From Paragordius varius (Eukaryota; Animalia; Nematomorpha), in contig OZ176056.1 in assembly GCA_964247055.1 (NCBI GenBank), positions 7,006,001-7,070,000 on the forward strand: a stretch of DNA of 64,000 nucleotides. The letters run 5' to 3'. Of this stretch, positions 40,301 through 51,782 are shown one piece after another (positions within the stretch are counted from its first letter, which is position 1; every line of letters starts with the position of its first letter). Both the position numbers and the translations under genes were made by a program. Below the pieces are notes generated by a model. The model ran no database searches. It worked only from the letters and a program-made list of their open reading frames with translations, and was not told where the DNA came from.

Positions 40301-40939
40301 AAATGACATTTTAAAGGAAAAATAAATACATGTTAAAAAGATATATGCAATAATTGGAGTCAAAATCCGAGTTTTGTTTCAGTGATATAAACAAATAATT
40401 TAAGAATATTTTTTAATTCAAATTTGGATTCTATTAAAAATTGAAAATGGGGTAATATACGGCAAATTAATTATTTATGCTATTCTCAAAAGAATTTAAA
40501 TATACCTATTTTAAGATTAATTAATGCTAATATAAAATAATGTTACATTTTCTAGTTCTAAGCGATTCGAAAAAAAAATTTATGAACAAAATCTAACTTG
40601 TTCAACAATCGAGGCTAAATGACCAAGAGCAACACCGCATTCATGATCTCTGGCTATGACAGCACTTCCAATTTTAAGGACAATCCGCTTGGCATTTGCA
40701 TTAAGTTGAGAACGAAGGGTAAAGGCTTGCTTCTCTTTCATAATTTGTCGAAGTAATATATTCTTCTCTTTATCGGATTCAAAATTATTAGTTTCAATAT
40801 TTAATTTGGTAGCAGTTAATGAACGAGAGGAATACTGATTAAAACATTTGTATGGCTGATGTAACAAAGATAAATTATTGTTTTTCAGTATGGTTAATAT
40901 AGAATAATGATTGTTTCTTGCACAAGTACACAGCATCAT
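18058..40939 (-). CDS. ALDH18A1: Delta-1-pyrroline-5-carboxylate synthase (glutamate kinase + gamma-glutamyl phosphate reductase), 17 exons, 1017 aa
   Basis: Exons (minus strand): 40939-40598, 37657-37450, 36927-36749, 36139-35987, 35041-34912, 33879-33719, 32448-32145, 31569-31426, 26430-25994, 25025-24888, 24549-24438, 23919-23836, 23080-22953, 20278-20176, 19392-19258, 18759-18664, 18257-18058; total 3054 nt, all GT-AG, all phases compatible. Motifs [138 protein letters not shown] match recalled human P5CS. Confidence 0.95.
19750..20079. mobile_element. MITE, TATACCATTTACAGTTCAAATTCACCC subfamily
   Basis: Tandem aattcacccttgaacaattc repeats on the left, inverted gggtgaatttgaactgtaaatggtatata on the right. 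Confidence 0.7.
20440..21434 (-). mobile_element. Decayed Penelope-like element, 3' portion (RT C-terminus + GIY-YIG)
   Basis: Minus-strand [13 protein letters not shown] (GIY-YIG YIG.TGRS...R..EH motif), [21 protein letters not shown] and a YVDDIF-encoding segment near 21400; inverted partner of 21435-22650. Confidence 0.75.
21435..22650 (+). mobile_element. Decayed Penelope-like element, 3' portion (RT + GIY-YIG)
   Basis: [11 protein letters not shown] (RT G.PMGS.LSP-like), tatgtggatgacatattt = YVDDIF (~21660), [25 protein letters not shown]. Confidence 0.75.
22690..22915. mobile_element. Foldback MITE
   Basis: tttattttatcaaaa..gaatggaaaaacaagagctctatg and catagagctcttgttttttcattc..ttttgataaaataaa are long inverted repeats. 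Confidence 0.65.
25127..25497. mobile_element. MITE, TATACCATTTACAGTTCAAATTCACCC subfamily
   Basis: ~30-bp TIR atataccatttacagttcaaattcaccctt with tandem subterminal repeats; same family as 19750-20079. Confidence 0.8.
26576..26840 (+). repeat. 5' LTR
   Basis: tgatagattag...gatttactaca; matches 30600-30864 except at 26705, 26782 and 26823. Confidence 0.95.
26843..26852 (+). other. Primer-binding site (tRNA-Ser-like)
   Basis: TGGCGCGGTC 2 nt after the 5' LTR; resembles the complement of tRNA-Ser 3' ends (TGGCGCAGTC) with one G:U-type change. Confidence 0.6.
30600..30864 (+). repeat. 3' LTR
   Basis: Preceded by purine tract ggataaggaga; 262/265 identical to the 5' LTR. Confidence 0.95.
31880..32072. 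mobile_element. ~195-bp MITE (CAGTATGAATAAGT..GCTAGAAAGTTATT TIR); second copy ~36266-36465
   Basis: Inverted ends cagtatgaataagtattgctagaaagttatt / aataactttctagcaatatatacttacttatactg, repeated at 36.3-36.5 kb. Confidence 0.65.
35641..35935. mobile_element. ~290-bp pogo/Tc1-like MITE (CAGTAAAAATTGAAATTA TIR); further copies ~39265-39525, 56877-57164, ~58665-58944, ~61028-61292
   Basis: Long imperfect TIRs cagtaaaaattgaaattata.g.a.aa.gta...aaaagacaaccata; the 56877 copy is flanked by TA on both sides. Confidence 0.75.
39218..39832. mobile_element. hAT-like MITE (cagggcttg TIR) with aaccggttcc subterminal repeats and a nested MITE
   Basis: cagggcttg at 39218, caagccctg ending at 39832; repeated gaaccggttcc motifs at 39720-39825. 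Confidence 0.55.
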
Positions 40940-42085
40940 TATTATTCCACCCTATTTTTAGTTCAGCAACCTATTTTAGCACATGGTTTGGCTTGATGAT
41001 GTAATGTGTGTCAACAATTCACATGACATAATTTAAAATATGAAGATAGAGAAAAGAATACTCATAAAAAGCCATATTTATATATATATATGTAGTAATC
41101 GTCTAAGATTCTTATTATTACTTTTGATTTATTAAATTTAAAAAAGAACTTAAATTATTAATATGCTTCCAAATTTAAATATAGCATTTGACTGAAATGG
41201 AAATTTTTTGGATAAACCAGCGATATCCAACACATATATATTCGCGGTACAATTTTTTTGTTTTTTAAGCCAATTCTGTATGAAAATTATCGTAAATTAT
41301 CAGGTATTACACATGATTGCTATTTTAACAATTAACAGCCCATGTTTCTATCTATACTAAGTATGCATTTTTATTTTATTTTACGGTCTTTTAAAATATA
41401 TTATGGTTAAATTTGACTTCATGATCTGTAGTTTTATACCCATGGTCCATAAAAAATATTTTTAGAATTGAGCCAAAATATATAATTATGCCTTTTTAGC
41501 CTTTGATGAGCATAAAATAAAAATAAATTTCAAAAAATTGTGAATTGTAAAAAAATTATCCTGAAGTTTTTCGCTACCATTTTTCATTTAAATTTTTTTA
41601 AATCGTTAACACAGTGTCCAAATATAGTGATGAAATATTAAAGGACCGTTTTTTCGGTGAATATTTATATAGAACAACTAATATTTGACATAAATTTGAA
41701 GACCAACGAATAATTTAACCAAATTTCTGGGGTGATAGATAGGTCCGTATTATCAAATTAAATATATAAAGTGTTACTATATAAAAGCCTTATTATACGT
41801 TTCCATCATGCCTAAATATAGTAGAAAGTATGTATAGACAAAATTTTTCAAAAGTTGAATTATTTAAAAGTATGCATTTTTTAACAATGTTGTCACTTTT
41901 TTTCGCTCTCGATTTTTTGCGCTTCTAAAAGAAGTATTGCGTTAGAAGAGCGAAAAAATTTAGAACTTTCGGAGTCCACATTTAAAAACTGAATTTTTTG
42001 GAAGCATTTAGCGCAAAAATTTAATTGATTCTTTTTTTATACTCGTAAGGGCCAAAACCAAAAAAATTTTTCTATCACAATTATA

Positions 42086-44218
42086 TAGGGTGACCAGACG
42101 TCCCGCTTTTTACCACTTTGTCCCGTCCCGCTACTTTTTTGCAATGTCCCGCTTTTTCACGATTATATATATAAAAAAAAATTTAAATAAATTTAAATTT
42201 TTTATAAAAAATTTATTTTTTTTATCCGTCTAAATTTTGTATCATTAATTATCTTTAAAATCTATATCAATTTAAAATTAAATTTATTTATTTTTAAATT
42301 AAGAATAATTATTTTTTTGAATTTATATCATATGATTATATACTTTGCTTCCGACTCCTATTGCCACTTTATCAAAAAGACAAATTAATAACACAAATCG
42401 GTAGCTTCTACATTTACTCCAGAAAATTAAGGTAATATAATATTTTTTTATACTAATATTAGTTTAAAAATATAAGTATAAAAAGAGGTTGTAAATTCAT
42501 TTAATCAATGAAACACAAAAAACGAAGAATTCATTTCTTGAATGTTCTTTATGCGTGAGGGGAGCACATGGCGGCAAGCATGATATTACAAAGCATATGG
42601 AAACACAGAAACTTAAAGGATGTTTAGATATGGCGGCATCTTACAAAATGAGCAGTTTTTATCAAAAACCGCTTTTGGAGAGAAAGAAAAGAATTTGGCA
42701 CCAGCCAAAGGAGTTATATCTTTTCAAATTACAATCACTTTAAATCTATGTATTACCTGACAGGGAATTCCTCTTATTCAATAAAAAATTTACATGTGCC
42801 CGTACAAAGGCTGTGCAATGTCCTTTTGCCACATGCATATTCTGAATAACAAGATTTGCTGTAATTTCATATCGCTATACTCTGATAGGAAACAAAATTA
42901 TTTACCACTTTAATAAGATATTTTGATCCAGAAACCGGAGTAAAAATTAAAAATTTTAGATTTTATTCTCTATCCGGTATAAATTCCGAGATAATTTTGA
43001 GTTCAATGATGAATATTCTAGAAAAATATAATTTAAAAGACATAATCATCGCATATTGAAGGGTGGAAAAGCAAGGAGGGAAACAAAAAATATTTTTCAT
43101 AAATTAGCAGATAATCTAAATCAAAACATTATTAGCGTTGGGTGTGCATCGCATAGAATACCCAACGCTATTGAAACAGCTGCTGATTTGTTACCCCGAT
43201 GTGAAAAATATAGTATTGAAATATATTCCTATTTTTATATAAATACGGTACGCGTTGAAACGCTTATTCTGTAAAAATGCAGAAGTTTGATATCAAAAAA
43301 TGCTTGGAATTGTAAAATTTGTTGGTTAGCTCTTCTGCCAGCTATTGAAAGAATTTTAACAATGTATGATCCTTTAAAATCCTATTTTTTATCACGAATA
43401 GTTTTTGAAAGTGATTTTTCAAAAACATGGTTAAAGTTTCTACATAATCAATCTCTTTCAAAATACAATCGAAGTAGCCAATGAAATTAGTAACCTAAAA
43501 TTCCAATGTCAAGAAAGGTTAGAAAATAATTTTATACCATTAACCATCTGCAATATTATAAATAATTTGGAAAAACAAAATTTAATAAATCGCCAAGATA
43601 TCCTGGACCATATAAAAATGTTTTATACAACTTAAAGATTATTTGGAAGACAGGACGGTGCAATTCAATGAAATTGATCATTTTCATTGAAGTAATCTTT
43701 CAGAAAATAATCTTTTTTCTGAAGTATCATTAGTTAAAAAATATATTAATAATGCAAAACATAAATTATTGACATTACTTAGAAAAGGAATAATTAGAAA
43801 TATTTCATCATTTTGAACCAAACTATATTCCATACAATAATATAAAAATTGTGGAATTTTCACTATCGTTACCTGAAGCCAACACTGCTACTGAGCGCGT
43901 TTTTTCCACAGTAAATCAGGTGTGGACATCGGATTAAATTCAAATGTTGAAACTCTAAAGGTCATTTTATCTGTCAAATATAATTTGACAAATTCTTGTG
44001 AAGACTTCTACAGTATTTTAAAAAATGAAGACAATCTGCTAAAACGCATTTACTCTAACAAAAAATATACCAAAGAATAAAATTCTTTTATATTTATAAT
44101 GTATTTGTATAAAAAATAAATAAATATTACAATAATCTTTTTGTGAAATTTTTGGTTGTATCCCCTTCATCCCCACCCCTTTGTCCCACTTTTTCCCTCA
44201 AAAAATCTGGGCACCCTA
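42086..44218 (+). mobile_element. Decayed hAT DNA transposon (Blackjack-like TIR)
   Basis: TIRs tagggtgaccaga / tctgggcacccta. Transposase fragments CSLC..AHGGKHDITKH (BED-like finger), GCASHRIPNA, WLALLPAIERIL..YDPLKSYF and LSLPEANTATERVFS..NQVWT (hAT dimerisation motif). No clean 8-bp TSD (TA-rich flank). Confidence 0.85.
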
Positions 44219-44975
44219 TATATATAATAATAATATATTTTATCAGGATACATTTTATGCAACCGATCCACGATTTCGGACGCATCCTAATACAATATTA
44301 AGTAAATATGTATAATAGTTAAAAATTATTAGCTAAGAAAAGCTTTTAAATATACTACCAAAAGAATTTCAATATTTATACATTAAAATATCAGCCATTT
44401 GCCTCAACTGTGTTTTGAACGCCGGATTCGAGACTAAGAAGTTATTCTATAAATATTAGTTTTATGTCTAACACAGGAAAAAATGTTTATAAATTATTTA
44501 ATCAAAACCTCACCGTATTTTGTTTATGATAAGCTTTAGGGGAAATTATCTCGAAATTCGATCGTGTTTACAAAAAAAGTATGTAATGAAATATTAATAT
44601 TTAACTCCAAAAACTTCAGATTATAATTACATTTCAATAATCATCAATTTGTTTGTGTTATATTATTTTTTAAACTTCGAACTTACAATAAAAATCAATT
44701 TTGACTTAATAGTTTATATTTTTTAAAGATACTATTATTAGTATATCTATTGCAATTAAGCTCTGATATCGTCTGGCTCTATATTTATTTAAAAGTTTTA
44801 AATATATATAAAAAGTGTCAATTATCTTAGCTCTTTATTTTTTTGAGTTAACTCCACATACTCATAGGTAAATATAAATTAAGAATCAAAGATATTATTA
44901 ACAATTCAAATTATTATTTTTATGATATTGTCAATTTGCCGTTTATCTACGCAATGATAAAGTCAGTTGTAAACC

Positions 44976-45706
44976 ATGCTTTATAACGAGGCTCAACATT
45001 TATACACCCCCTTTTATTGGTATTGATATATTTTATTTAGTGAGGAAAATATCTGGCACCTGTGCGATAAATTAAAAAAAAATTCTCAAATTACTGATAA
45101 ATATGTCATAATTATTACCAATGACGTTAAGATGGTAATCTTTTATGTTTAAATTAGTTTCCTATGTGGTCGGTTAGGAATGATCCAAATGGTATTGTTT
45201 TGTGGGTATTACTGCTATATTGTATATTTTAGGATTACCATGTTATTCTTTATGATAAAATAAATAAACTAATATATGATTTTGATACTCTTTTACCATT
45301 TGGGATATCAGTTGATACATATCTATTGGAAGCTCTTAATATCTCATCATCTCTACATGATCCCTTTAGAAGAAAGGTTTAATCAAATCTTATTACAATA
45401 GTATCGAGTGATCTCTGCCTTAAAATTTTTAGAAACCTTTGCATCTGACCGCAGCCATATGTTAAAAAAGGGATCAATTCACGAATATATTCATGTACCT
45501 CCTAAACATAAACCAATCAAAACATCAAGTATCGTTTAATTAATAGATTTTAAGCATCTTCCAATAATCTCAATTATTTTTTGGATATCTCAAACAGCTT
45601 GTTGGATCACTGTCCAACTGAATATGATTTGAACCAAACATATGGGTGTGTCATCTCGGAAAAGCAATTTGTTCAATTTATTTCCAAAAATTACCTACAA
45701 AATTGA
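44976..45706 (+). CDS. NTAQ1: Protein N-terminal glutamine amidohydrolase (WDYHV1), 6 exons, 202 aa, five introns of 21-27 nt
   Basis: Exons 44976-45019, 45041-45134, 45158-45205, 45233-45376, 45402-45528, 45555-45706 (609 nt). They splice to MLYNEAQHLYTPFYCEENIWHLCDKL...VIIITNDVKMFPMW...GIVLWDYHVILYD...IYDFDTLLPF...FRRKYRVISA..FLETFASDRSHM...PP....IKT...NNLNYFLDIS...YGCV....F. This tracks recalled human NTAQ1 (YCEENIWKLC, ISNERKMIPIW, VIWDYHV, YDLDTVLPF, FRRKFRVI, FASDRSHM). Catalytic Cys-His-Asp residues are present. Confidence 0.92.
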
Positions 45707-45894
45707 ATTTTTATATTTTACAAAATATTTTTTATTTTAATATGAATTAATATTAAAAGTATTGGTTATATTAATTTTTATATTAAACTTTTACAAGCCT
45801 GCATATAAGATAGCTCATCATACATATTTTGATATAAACCAATTTTTAGCGTTAGGCTTGTGAGTGTGAACATATACCTATAATATAGATTTTG

Positions 45895-48825
45895 ATTTTA
45901 TTATTATTATTACATTACATGTTTTCACTCGTGAGAGCGGTCATGTTATACAACCTGTCTCGCCATAAAACTCTATCTATGGCGTCCTCTGCATTAAGCT
46001 CGTATTCTGCTAGCTCTCTTTTTACTGTATCTATCCATTTTGTTTTAGGTCGCCCACGTCCTCGTTTTCCCTCAACTATATAACCATCTATTATTTTTGC
46101 AATATAATTAGAATCTCTCCTTTCAATGTGCCCGAACCAACGTAGCCTATTTTTTGACATTCTTTCCACTATTGGTTTAATATCTGTGCTCCCACTAATA
46201 AATCTATTCTCAATTCTGTCCTTTCTAGTTACCCCACACATCATTCTGAGCATTTCCATTTCAGACACGTTAAATTGTCTTTCTTCGGATTTTTTGACCC
46301 ATGTCTGTGAATTATACATCATTGAGGGCTGGACAACTGAACTGTAAATCTTACCTTTCACTCTAACATCAATATTTCGATCGCATAATACGCTCGAAAT
46401 TTTCTTCCAATTTACCCAGCTGCTCTTTATTCTTAAATTAATATCGTCAGTTAACGAACCATCTGCACTTAACATAGCTCCCAGATATTTGCAACTTTAT
46501 TTACCCTTCAGAACCCAACTATCATCAACTACCATTTCATGTTGTGGACCCCCAAAAGTAATAAGTTCGGTTTTTGCTTTGTTTACTTTCAGACCATATT
46601 GATCCAGCATAACAACCCATCTGTTTACCGTTCGCTTTAACTCAATTAATGAATCAGACAAAATGATTATGTCATCTGCATACATTAAGTACCATCCTGA
46701 ACTCACATTAACAACCTTGGCTACCTCGTCCATACAAATTATAAACAATAAGGGGCTGAGTGATGAGCCTTGGTAGACTCCATGCTTTATTGAAAAGGGC
46801 TCTGATAAACCTTGTGGAGTTTTAATCCTGGAGGTGTGTGATTAGTACATTATTTGTAACAACTTAATATAACTTTCTGGCACCTTTTTACGACGGAGAC
46901 TCCACCAAATAATTTCTCTAGGAATCCTGTCAAACGCCTTCTCTATATCAATCAAAACCCCGTGTAATTCTTTCTTTTTTTCAATGTGTTTTTCAATCAA
47001 CTTCCTAACCGCATGTATAGGATCTACTGTTGACTTTCCTGGCATGAAACCAAATTGATTTCCTTCTTTAGATATCATTTTCCTGATTCGCTTTTCAATT
47101 ATTTTTTCAAACAATTTCATAGTGTGCGACATAAGTTTTATCCCTCTATAGTTACTACATTCATTTATATCACCTTTTCCTTTAAATAAAGGTACAGTTA
47201 AACTTTCCTTCCATTCAACCGGGATTTCATACGTTGAAACAACTTTATTAAATACACGCTCCAAAAAATTTAATCCAGAATTTCCAAGCACTTTCCAACA
47301 ATTTATATTTATGTCGTCCGATCCTACAGCTTTGTTGTTTGGCATTTCTAACAAATTAGATTCTACTTCCTTTTGTGTAATTGCTTCTATTGGTCTATCA
47401 GTAGCTTCAACTGTATTTGGCAAAAATATCTCGCCTACCCCTTCATCTAAACTCACAAAGTACTCTTTCCATCTTTTTAATATTTCTACATTTTCGCACA
47501 GCAAGCTTCCATCTTTTCCTTTTATTGCAGTCGCATAACCTGGCAAATCCATCCTGCGTTTATTCCTTTGCTGCGCAACTTTATACACTTTGTTTAAACC
47601 TTGCTTACTATTTAACTCATCATAAAATAAATTCATTTTTTCTTTCTTAACCTGGCCGACTAATTTTTTCAATTCCTTATTTAAACTTTTATACTTATCT
47701 CTATCATCATCATTCCTTGTATGTCTCCATTTGTCAAAAGCCTTACCTTTTTCTCGTGACATCAATATTATTCTTTCATCGTAAAGCCAAGCCTCTCTGT
47801 ATACTTGAGATTTTCCGCCTTTTAATCCACAAACTAGAGTTCCTGCCTTTTTGATTAACTGACTTACTTTATCCCAATCACCATTTAACCCACCATCCTC
47901 GGATAACCGTATTTCTTTTATAAAAGCCTGCCTTTTTTCGGATAATTTCTCCCACTTAATACTTTTTAATCTCTTTGAATAAGAACCACTTTGTTTAGAC
48001 TTTTCTTTCACGAAAAATTTACAAATAAGTAAATTATGTTGCGAACTAACCTCTAACCTTACAATCTATTACAAGCTTCAATAAGTCTCTTGGAACAAGT
48101 ATAAAATCTATTTGAGATTTGTTTATGCCGCTCTTAAAAGTTACTAGATGACTCTCTCTTTTTTCGAAAAACGTGTTCGCTATCGCCAAATTGTGAGATT
48201 GTGCAAATCTGAGCAAATTAACCTTCCTCGTTTATTTCTCCATAAGAATGTCCCCCGTGCCATATTTCAAAAGATTCCCTTTTTGAACCAAGATGACCAT
48301 TAAATTCCCCACATAAAAACTTGACTCTGAGCTGAGGGAGAGCGACTATTTTTTCATCTAGAGTCTCGTAAAATTGCTCCTTTTCTTGTTTCGGTAAACC
48401 TATTTGCGGGGCATATATACTAAATACCGTTATGACCTCGTTACCTACCAAAATATCTAAATTCATGATTCGGCTGTTATAGCGTCTTACTTCTTTAACC
48501 TGATTGGACAATTTGGGAATGATAATTGCCACTCCATTTCGTCCGCCACTTTCACCTGAGTAATATAGTCGATAATTCTCTTCCAAAGTCCTTGCTCCGT
48601 TTCCGCGGTAACGAGTCTCTTGTAATCCCAAATATCAATTTGTTTAACTTTCATTATTCTCACAATATCATTTAACTTACTTTTCAATGAACCAACATTT
48701 AAACTAGCAAAATACAGGCATCCCGTATTCCTTTGCATTCTCTTTGTATTATTGGCCACAACACCAAAACCGCGGCTGGCCAGGCCTGACCGGTTATTAC
48801 TATACACATCAATATTCATTTGACA
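45895..48825 (-). mobile_element. Near-full-length decayed RTE-type LINE (APE endonuclease + RT)
   Basis: FASLNVGSL, GLQETR, FSIYAPQIG, GEFNGH (endonuclease); KAVGSD, WKES..VPLFKGKGD..ECSNYRGIKL, NQFGFMPGKST, DIEKAFDRIPR, LMYADD, GLKVNKAKT, RLRWFGHI.R, GKRGRGRPK..W; (TAA)n 3' tail near 45900; several frameshifts. Confidence 0.9.
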
Positions 48826-50039
48826 GCTTTAAACAAACAAAATAAAAATAATAAAATTGAAGTGTCGAACTAATTATGACAAATTGATAGATGTTAAAAA
48901 AAACCTAGGCTATAGGTAAAAACGGAAATTATATTTCGCAATAAAAAATTTAAAGCAAAATTTATGTATAAAACAATATAAATCAAGGGTTATTTTATGT
49001 GTCATAGTAAAAAATAAAATAAATAGTGCTACAATACTTATCCAAGAATACAATCTATATATTTAAGAGAATATTAATAGGCAAATTATAGGAAAAGGCC
49101 AACGGTAAGTCCTACGTCCAAAAACAAAAATGGGAATAGGTATGTTATAACAAAATTTAAAGTATAGGATAAGTGATAAAAGATAGAATAAACTTTGAAG
49201 ATAAATAGATATAATATAAAATAAATAAGAATTTAGAATTTTTCGTTTGTGTAGTGGTCGAACGCGCGCGCGTAATAGGAGAGTTAATTTGGATCTTTTA
49301 AATTAATCATGCATCAACAATTTTTAGTGTTGACTAACGAGCATTTTATTATTTTTCTTGGTGAAATAAAACGATGAATATTAAACTATTCGAATTGGGT
49401 GGACACAAAAGGCATACTTCATTGTTTGTTTATCTTTTTTGTGCCTTATTTCATAAATTTTGGAATGATTAAAATAATTTCCGTAAAATTCGAGATAGGT
49501 GACAAAAAATGCTAGTTTCGTAAGCAAAAGACTTAAGTGTTTTTTTTTATCACTTATCTTTAAGTGTTCACGCTGGATTATGTAAACTTGCTCAACTTTC
49601 CAAGCTTGCCTTATAAGTCAATTTCGACTTTTTTATCACCCCATCCGATATGTATACATCTCTTAATATTAATCGTACACCGGTTTTGTAACACGTCAAA
49701 ATGGAACAGGATTATGGAAGAAAATATCGATATAATTTTCAGTTGAAGGTAATAGACGGAGTGGATTGCACTTATTCTAATTTAGTAAATAAGATTAAAG
49801 AGGTTAAACGATATAAAAGCCTATTTATAAACATTTATTTATTAGAGTAGTTAACGAGGTCACGGTGTTATCCTCTGCAAATAGATTTTTCCAAGCATTA
49901 AGATAAACAGGTTTTTTACGACCAAAGTTTGTTCATAACCTACCAAAACAGTATATTTAAGTTACAATTAGATTTTGTATTGGTTTCGAAAAATTCGATG
50001 TAACGTCAATTTTACCATAGCAATTATTATTGCATTCGA

Positions 50040-51330
50040 CCCTGGTATCTTGAGTTTATTCTTCTGTAAAACTTTATCTTTGTCTAAAGCGTGCTTACTT
50101 TTTTTTGACCTGACAATAAATTACTATTGAACTCATCAAAATAAAATGATTGCACCCTTTCTTTTTTGGACTGACCAATAAATTTTTTAATTATAAACTT
50201 CTGAACATATCTTCATCATCATACTTGCTACTATGTATCCATTTGTAGACAAATAATGATAGATATAAGTTTAAAAGTTTCAGGGTAAAAAAAAGTAATT
50301 CAGGTTGATAAAAAGATGAGTTAAGTGGCAAACACGTTTAGTATAAAGATGCATAACAAAGAAGGAGACGAATGTATTAAAACTGCTTTACGAAACAAGT
50401 CAAAATAATGATAACTATTGAGCGAAATCAATTTGGTAATATGCCAATAAAGTCAACTATAGACCCTATGAATGCAATTAAAGATTGAATGAAAAGTACA
50501 ATAAAAAGAATAAAGAGTTGTACGGGGTTTTTGACAAAAAACGTTTCACATGATTCTAAGAGAATATCTGTTGGAGTCTCTATAATAATGTGCCAAAAAC
50601 TTAAAAATATGATTCCCACCTCGAGGGTGAAAACTACCAAACAGATTTGCAATAAAGCAAGGCGTACATCATAAATTGCATTCGTTGTTGTTCATAATAT
50701 AAGTGGATGATGTAATTGTTAGTTCATGTGTGATGATGGCAATCATTATATATATGAACCACTGGCTTAGTTAATGAAAACGGTGAATAAATGGACTATC
50801 AAATTAAACAATGCTATCTTAAAGTAAATAAAGCAAAAACGGAATTTATTAACTTTCGTTTACAGGATGAAATCGAGGTTGATGCGGTTGGGTTTGGGAA
50901 GTTAAGAAAAATGCCAATATTTTGGGACAGTGCAAGTTTAAGTGGATCCTTCACTGACGATATTAATGAGCATTTGGGATAATTGGAAGAATATTTCAGT
51001 GGATTTTTAATAAAAATGATGTTAATAAAAATTGTTCAACCCACCTCGATGATTCAAGCGTTAAACATCCGAAGAAAATTTAATGTTACAGGAAAGTGTT
51101 TACGATAATGTATGGGTTAACAAAATGTGTAAATTTAAGAATAGATGCATGTGACAGATTTTAAACCAAGAAAGAAAGACCAGAAAACTACCTTTAGGGC
51201 ACATTTTAGTAGAAAGTAGAAGTAAGCGTCCTAAACGAAATGGAAACAATTATAACCGACAAAATACAAAGCTAAAGACGCTATAGACTTGATGGAGAGG
51301 CTGGTTGTCTATATCAGGTCGCATAAGCAA
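50040..51330. mobile_element. Heavily decayed RTE fragment related to the 45.9-48.8 kb element, with an inverted 5' piece
   Basis: 50280-51330 (+): NQFGNMPIKSTIDP, LKVNKAKTEF, GSFTDDINE, RSKRPKRNG. 50040-50250 matches 47520-47720 on the same strand, so it is in the opposite orientation to the rest of the fragment. Confidence 0.65.
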
Positions 51331-51782
51331 AAAAATGTAATTCCCTTGTTATTGCAATCACCTAAAATCGCAATCTGGCGCACATTTTATTAGTACTGAA
51401 AATCTTTAGTTATATCCTATCCCCAAAACGTTATATAAAAATTCTCCCTATCTTAAATTTGTTGGATTTAACATTCATTCAAAAAAACGATTTTTTTAAT
51501 TTAAACAAATTAATCCACATAGTAACCTTTTCCCTTTCGTTTTAACTTACTTTTTTTCTTTTCTTTAATAAACTAGCTATTTTCATTGTCAAGATTTAAT
51601 GTGGCTTAAGAATTACAGCGAAAATAATGTTGCTTGTTTATAATTATATCAATGGGGCAAATTTGGTGCTTAAAAAATCTAAAAAAAAAATTGAATACAA
51701 TTATCCGCCGTAAATTAAATTTATTAGCAAATTAATTTATAAAAAAGGGTTTTAAAATGGAATTGCTTCACATTCGTCATTT

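Noticed and set aside
45892-47650. Plus-strand ORFs over the RTE (and minus-strand ORFs 53626-55674 over the other RTE)
   Set aside because: Antisense shadows of LINE ORF2.
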